A stretch of 64,000 bases of DNA, from NCBI GenBank assembly GCA_036867785.1, contig CP145411.1, positions 806,001-870,000 of the forward strand, written 5' to 3'. This document shows, piece after piece, positions 62,401 through 64,000 of the stretch. The position numbers and the translations under genes were made by a program. The notes beneath the pieces are model-generated. The model made no database searches. It saw nothing but the letters and a program-made list of their open reading frames with translations, and had not been told where the DNA came from. Source of the stretch: Plasmodiophora brassicae. Lineage: Eukaryota. Within the stretch, counting starts at the first letter, position 1. Every line of letters starts with the position of its first letter.

Positions 62401-64000
62401 GCTGCTGCGACGAGTTCCACGAACAACTGGAGCATGAACGCCACCTGCAATAGCTAACAGCAAAGCCCTTCAACAGAGAAGCCAGTGAGCCAATTGATTG
62501 ATACACAGTGTAGCAGACAAGGCGTCCGTACCCGAGATTAGGACGACAAGCCTCAATCCATGGCTCTGCACGTCCGGCCGAGAGCATGACGGAGAGAAGT
62601 CGCCGAAGGTGGACTATCATGCCATCGTACAATTCTAAGTCTTCGCAGCACAATGTAGCGAACCTTGCAACTCCTTGGTAACGGTCACCATCAAGGTTGA
62701 ACTCGTGGAGCAGATTACGAAGTGTCGGGCTTGCGGAGCGCTGTAGGATGTTTCGTGCCGCTGTTCGTAATCGAACATCGTGTCTCGTGAGTGCCATGAC
62801 AGCAACAGCATCGAAGCGACTTTGCCACGACGAAGGATCAGGTTGAGGCACGTCCTGCGAGAAGAACTGCGGAATTCGATCCATTAACTGGGTCGCAAAT
62901 TCCAGGAGAACAGTCAGACGCAACGTTGTCAACGCCTTCATCTCAGTGACCATCAGCGTTGCAAGTCCTTCGAATACTTGCGCCCTTTCAATGGGATACC
63001 TCTCAACGGTATTGCTAAGCGCGCTCCGGACAGACCGCCTTATTACTTCCTGATCGTGCAGAAGCAAACGAACAAGACACCTGCCACCCGATATACGAAC
63101 GTTTGGTGGTGTGGCAGCGAGGAGGGTCTCCGGCATGATGTCGGGGCATAGCCCAACGCACGCAGAATAGAGCCGGATGTAGAATTGTTGACGATCATCG
63201 GACTCGTTCACGTCAGATCCAGCATGTTCGCCAAAGTTCTTGTTATCGGATTCTGTAGGCCACACGGAGAGAAGCATCCCTTGGACATCGGGCCCAACCT
63301 CTCTTTCGCATACACTGATGACGTCCACGATGTGTCGAGATAGCGTTGACGACAGAACAGACACCCGGTCACTTAGTGGTTTGGCGTCTGAAGGGCGGCG
63401 AACCCGTGCCACCAGACAGGCGAATTGCCGATCAGAACTGCGACATCAGTTAGGCCAAATCAATAGCGATGACATTTTTCGAATCTTACTTCGTAATATG
63501 GGCGGCAGCCTCGATGCCGACCAGCAAATGATGCGGCAATGAAGATGCCAACGACTGGGGGACGTCACGAGAAAGCAGCGGAGTCAGCACTGTTTGCGCC
63601 GTAATTGTGAACTCATGGGTGGCCATTAAGGCGATGACAGCGGATGCAGACTTGATGCAGGACGCAAAATGTCGAGGGCCTGACATCAGTTACGTACAGT
63701 GTCAGACCACTGATGCGCTGAACCACATGAAGGCATACGTATGTAGGCTCCAACGAGCTCGTTAGCAATCATCCTGATGATGCGGGGTCGCACAGCACAT
63801 ACGCGCTCGTGTGGGTCTTTAAGGGTCATACCGCCTAACAGCTGAGCAATGCAGTCCAAGCGCCCACTACTGGTAGACCGATCTTTGAACAGGCCATTTA
63901 AAAGATGATCTTTCACAAGCGCATCGACGTGGCGCTCGAAGAAGTCGACTGGGCTTCGACATAGTATCGTCTGGCATTGCCGTTGTTAGTTCCGAAAATC
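59425..64000 (-). CDS. Furry/Tao3/MOR2-like cell-morphogenesis scaffold, 5' end outside window
   Basis: LYSACVGLCPDIMPETL...LVRLLLHDQEVIRRSVRSALSNTVERYPIERAQVFEG and FDAVAVMALTRHDVRLR resemble the Furry N-terminal domain. The final exon is probably in the frame of ORF 59425..59808. Confidence 0.7.

Overview
Gene-dense, GC-rich eukaryotic DNA with short (~50-70 nt) GT-AG introns and intergenic gaps often under 200 bp. This architecture suggests a compact protist genome, perhaps a phytomyxid such as Plasmodiophora (inference only). About 25 mostly housekeeping genes are supported: a TPR protein, importin-beta, RPL27A, a focadhesin/RST1-like protein, two ENA-type P-ATPases, TRAPPC5, NF-YB, asd, XMAP215, U1-70K, RPA34-like, LRRC61-like, PSMB3, HGSNAT-like, RPL22, HAT1, a homeobox protein, ZSWIM7, katanin p80, Sel1-repeat proteins, DPY30, a DHHC palmitoyltransferase and Furry/Tao3. 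Two regions are rearranged. (1) A ~3.8 kb tandem duplication of the ENA ATPase plus the TRAPPC5 3' end; the second promoter is split by two tail-to-tail hAT elements (16-bp TIR CAGTGCATGACATCGG), one carrying a 115-bp TGT...ACA hairpin insert. (2) A 2,874-bp inverted duplication of a Sel1-repeat gene with both arms still open. A candidate promoter motif, ATTAGGGCG-N5-8-TATAC, precedes both ribosomal protein genes. No CRISPR array, rRNA or convincing tRNA was seen. Exon boundaries were read by eye and family assignments rest on recalled motifs, not database searches.
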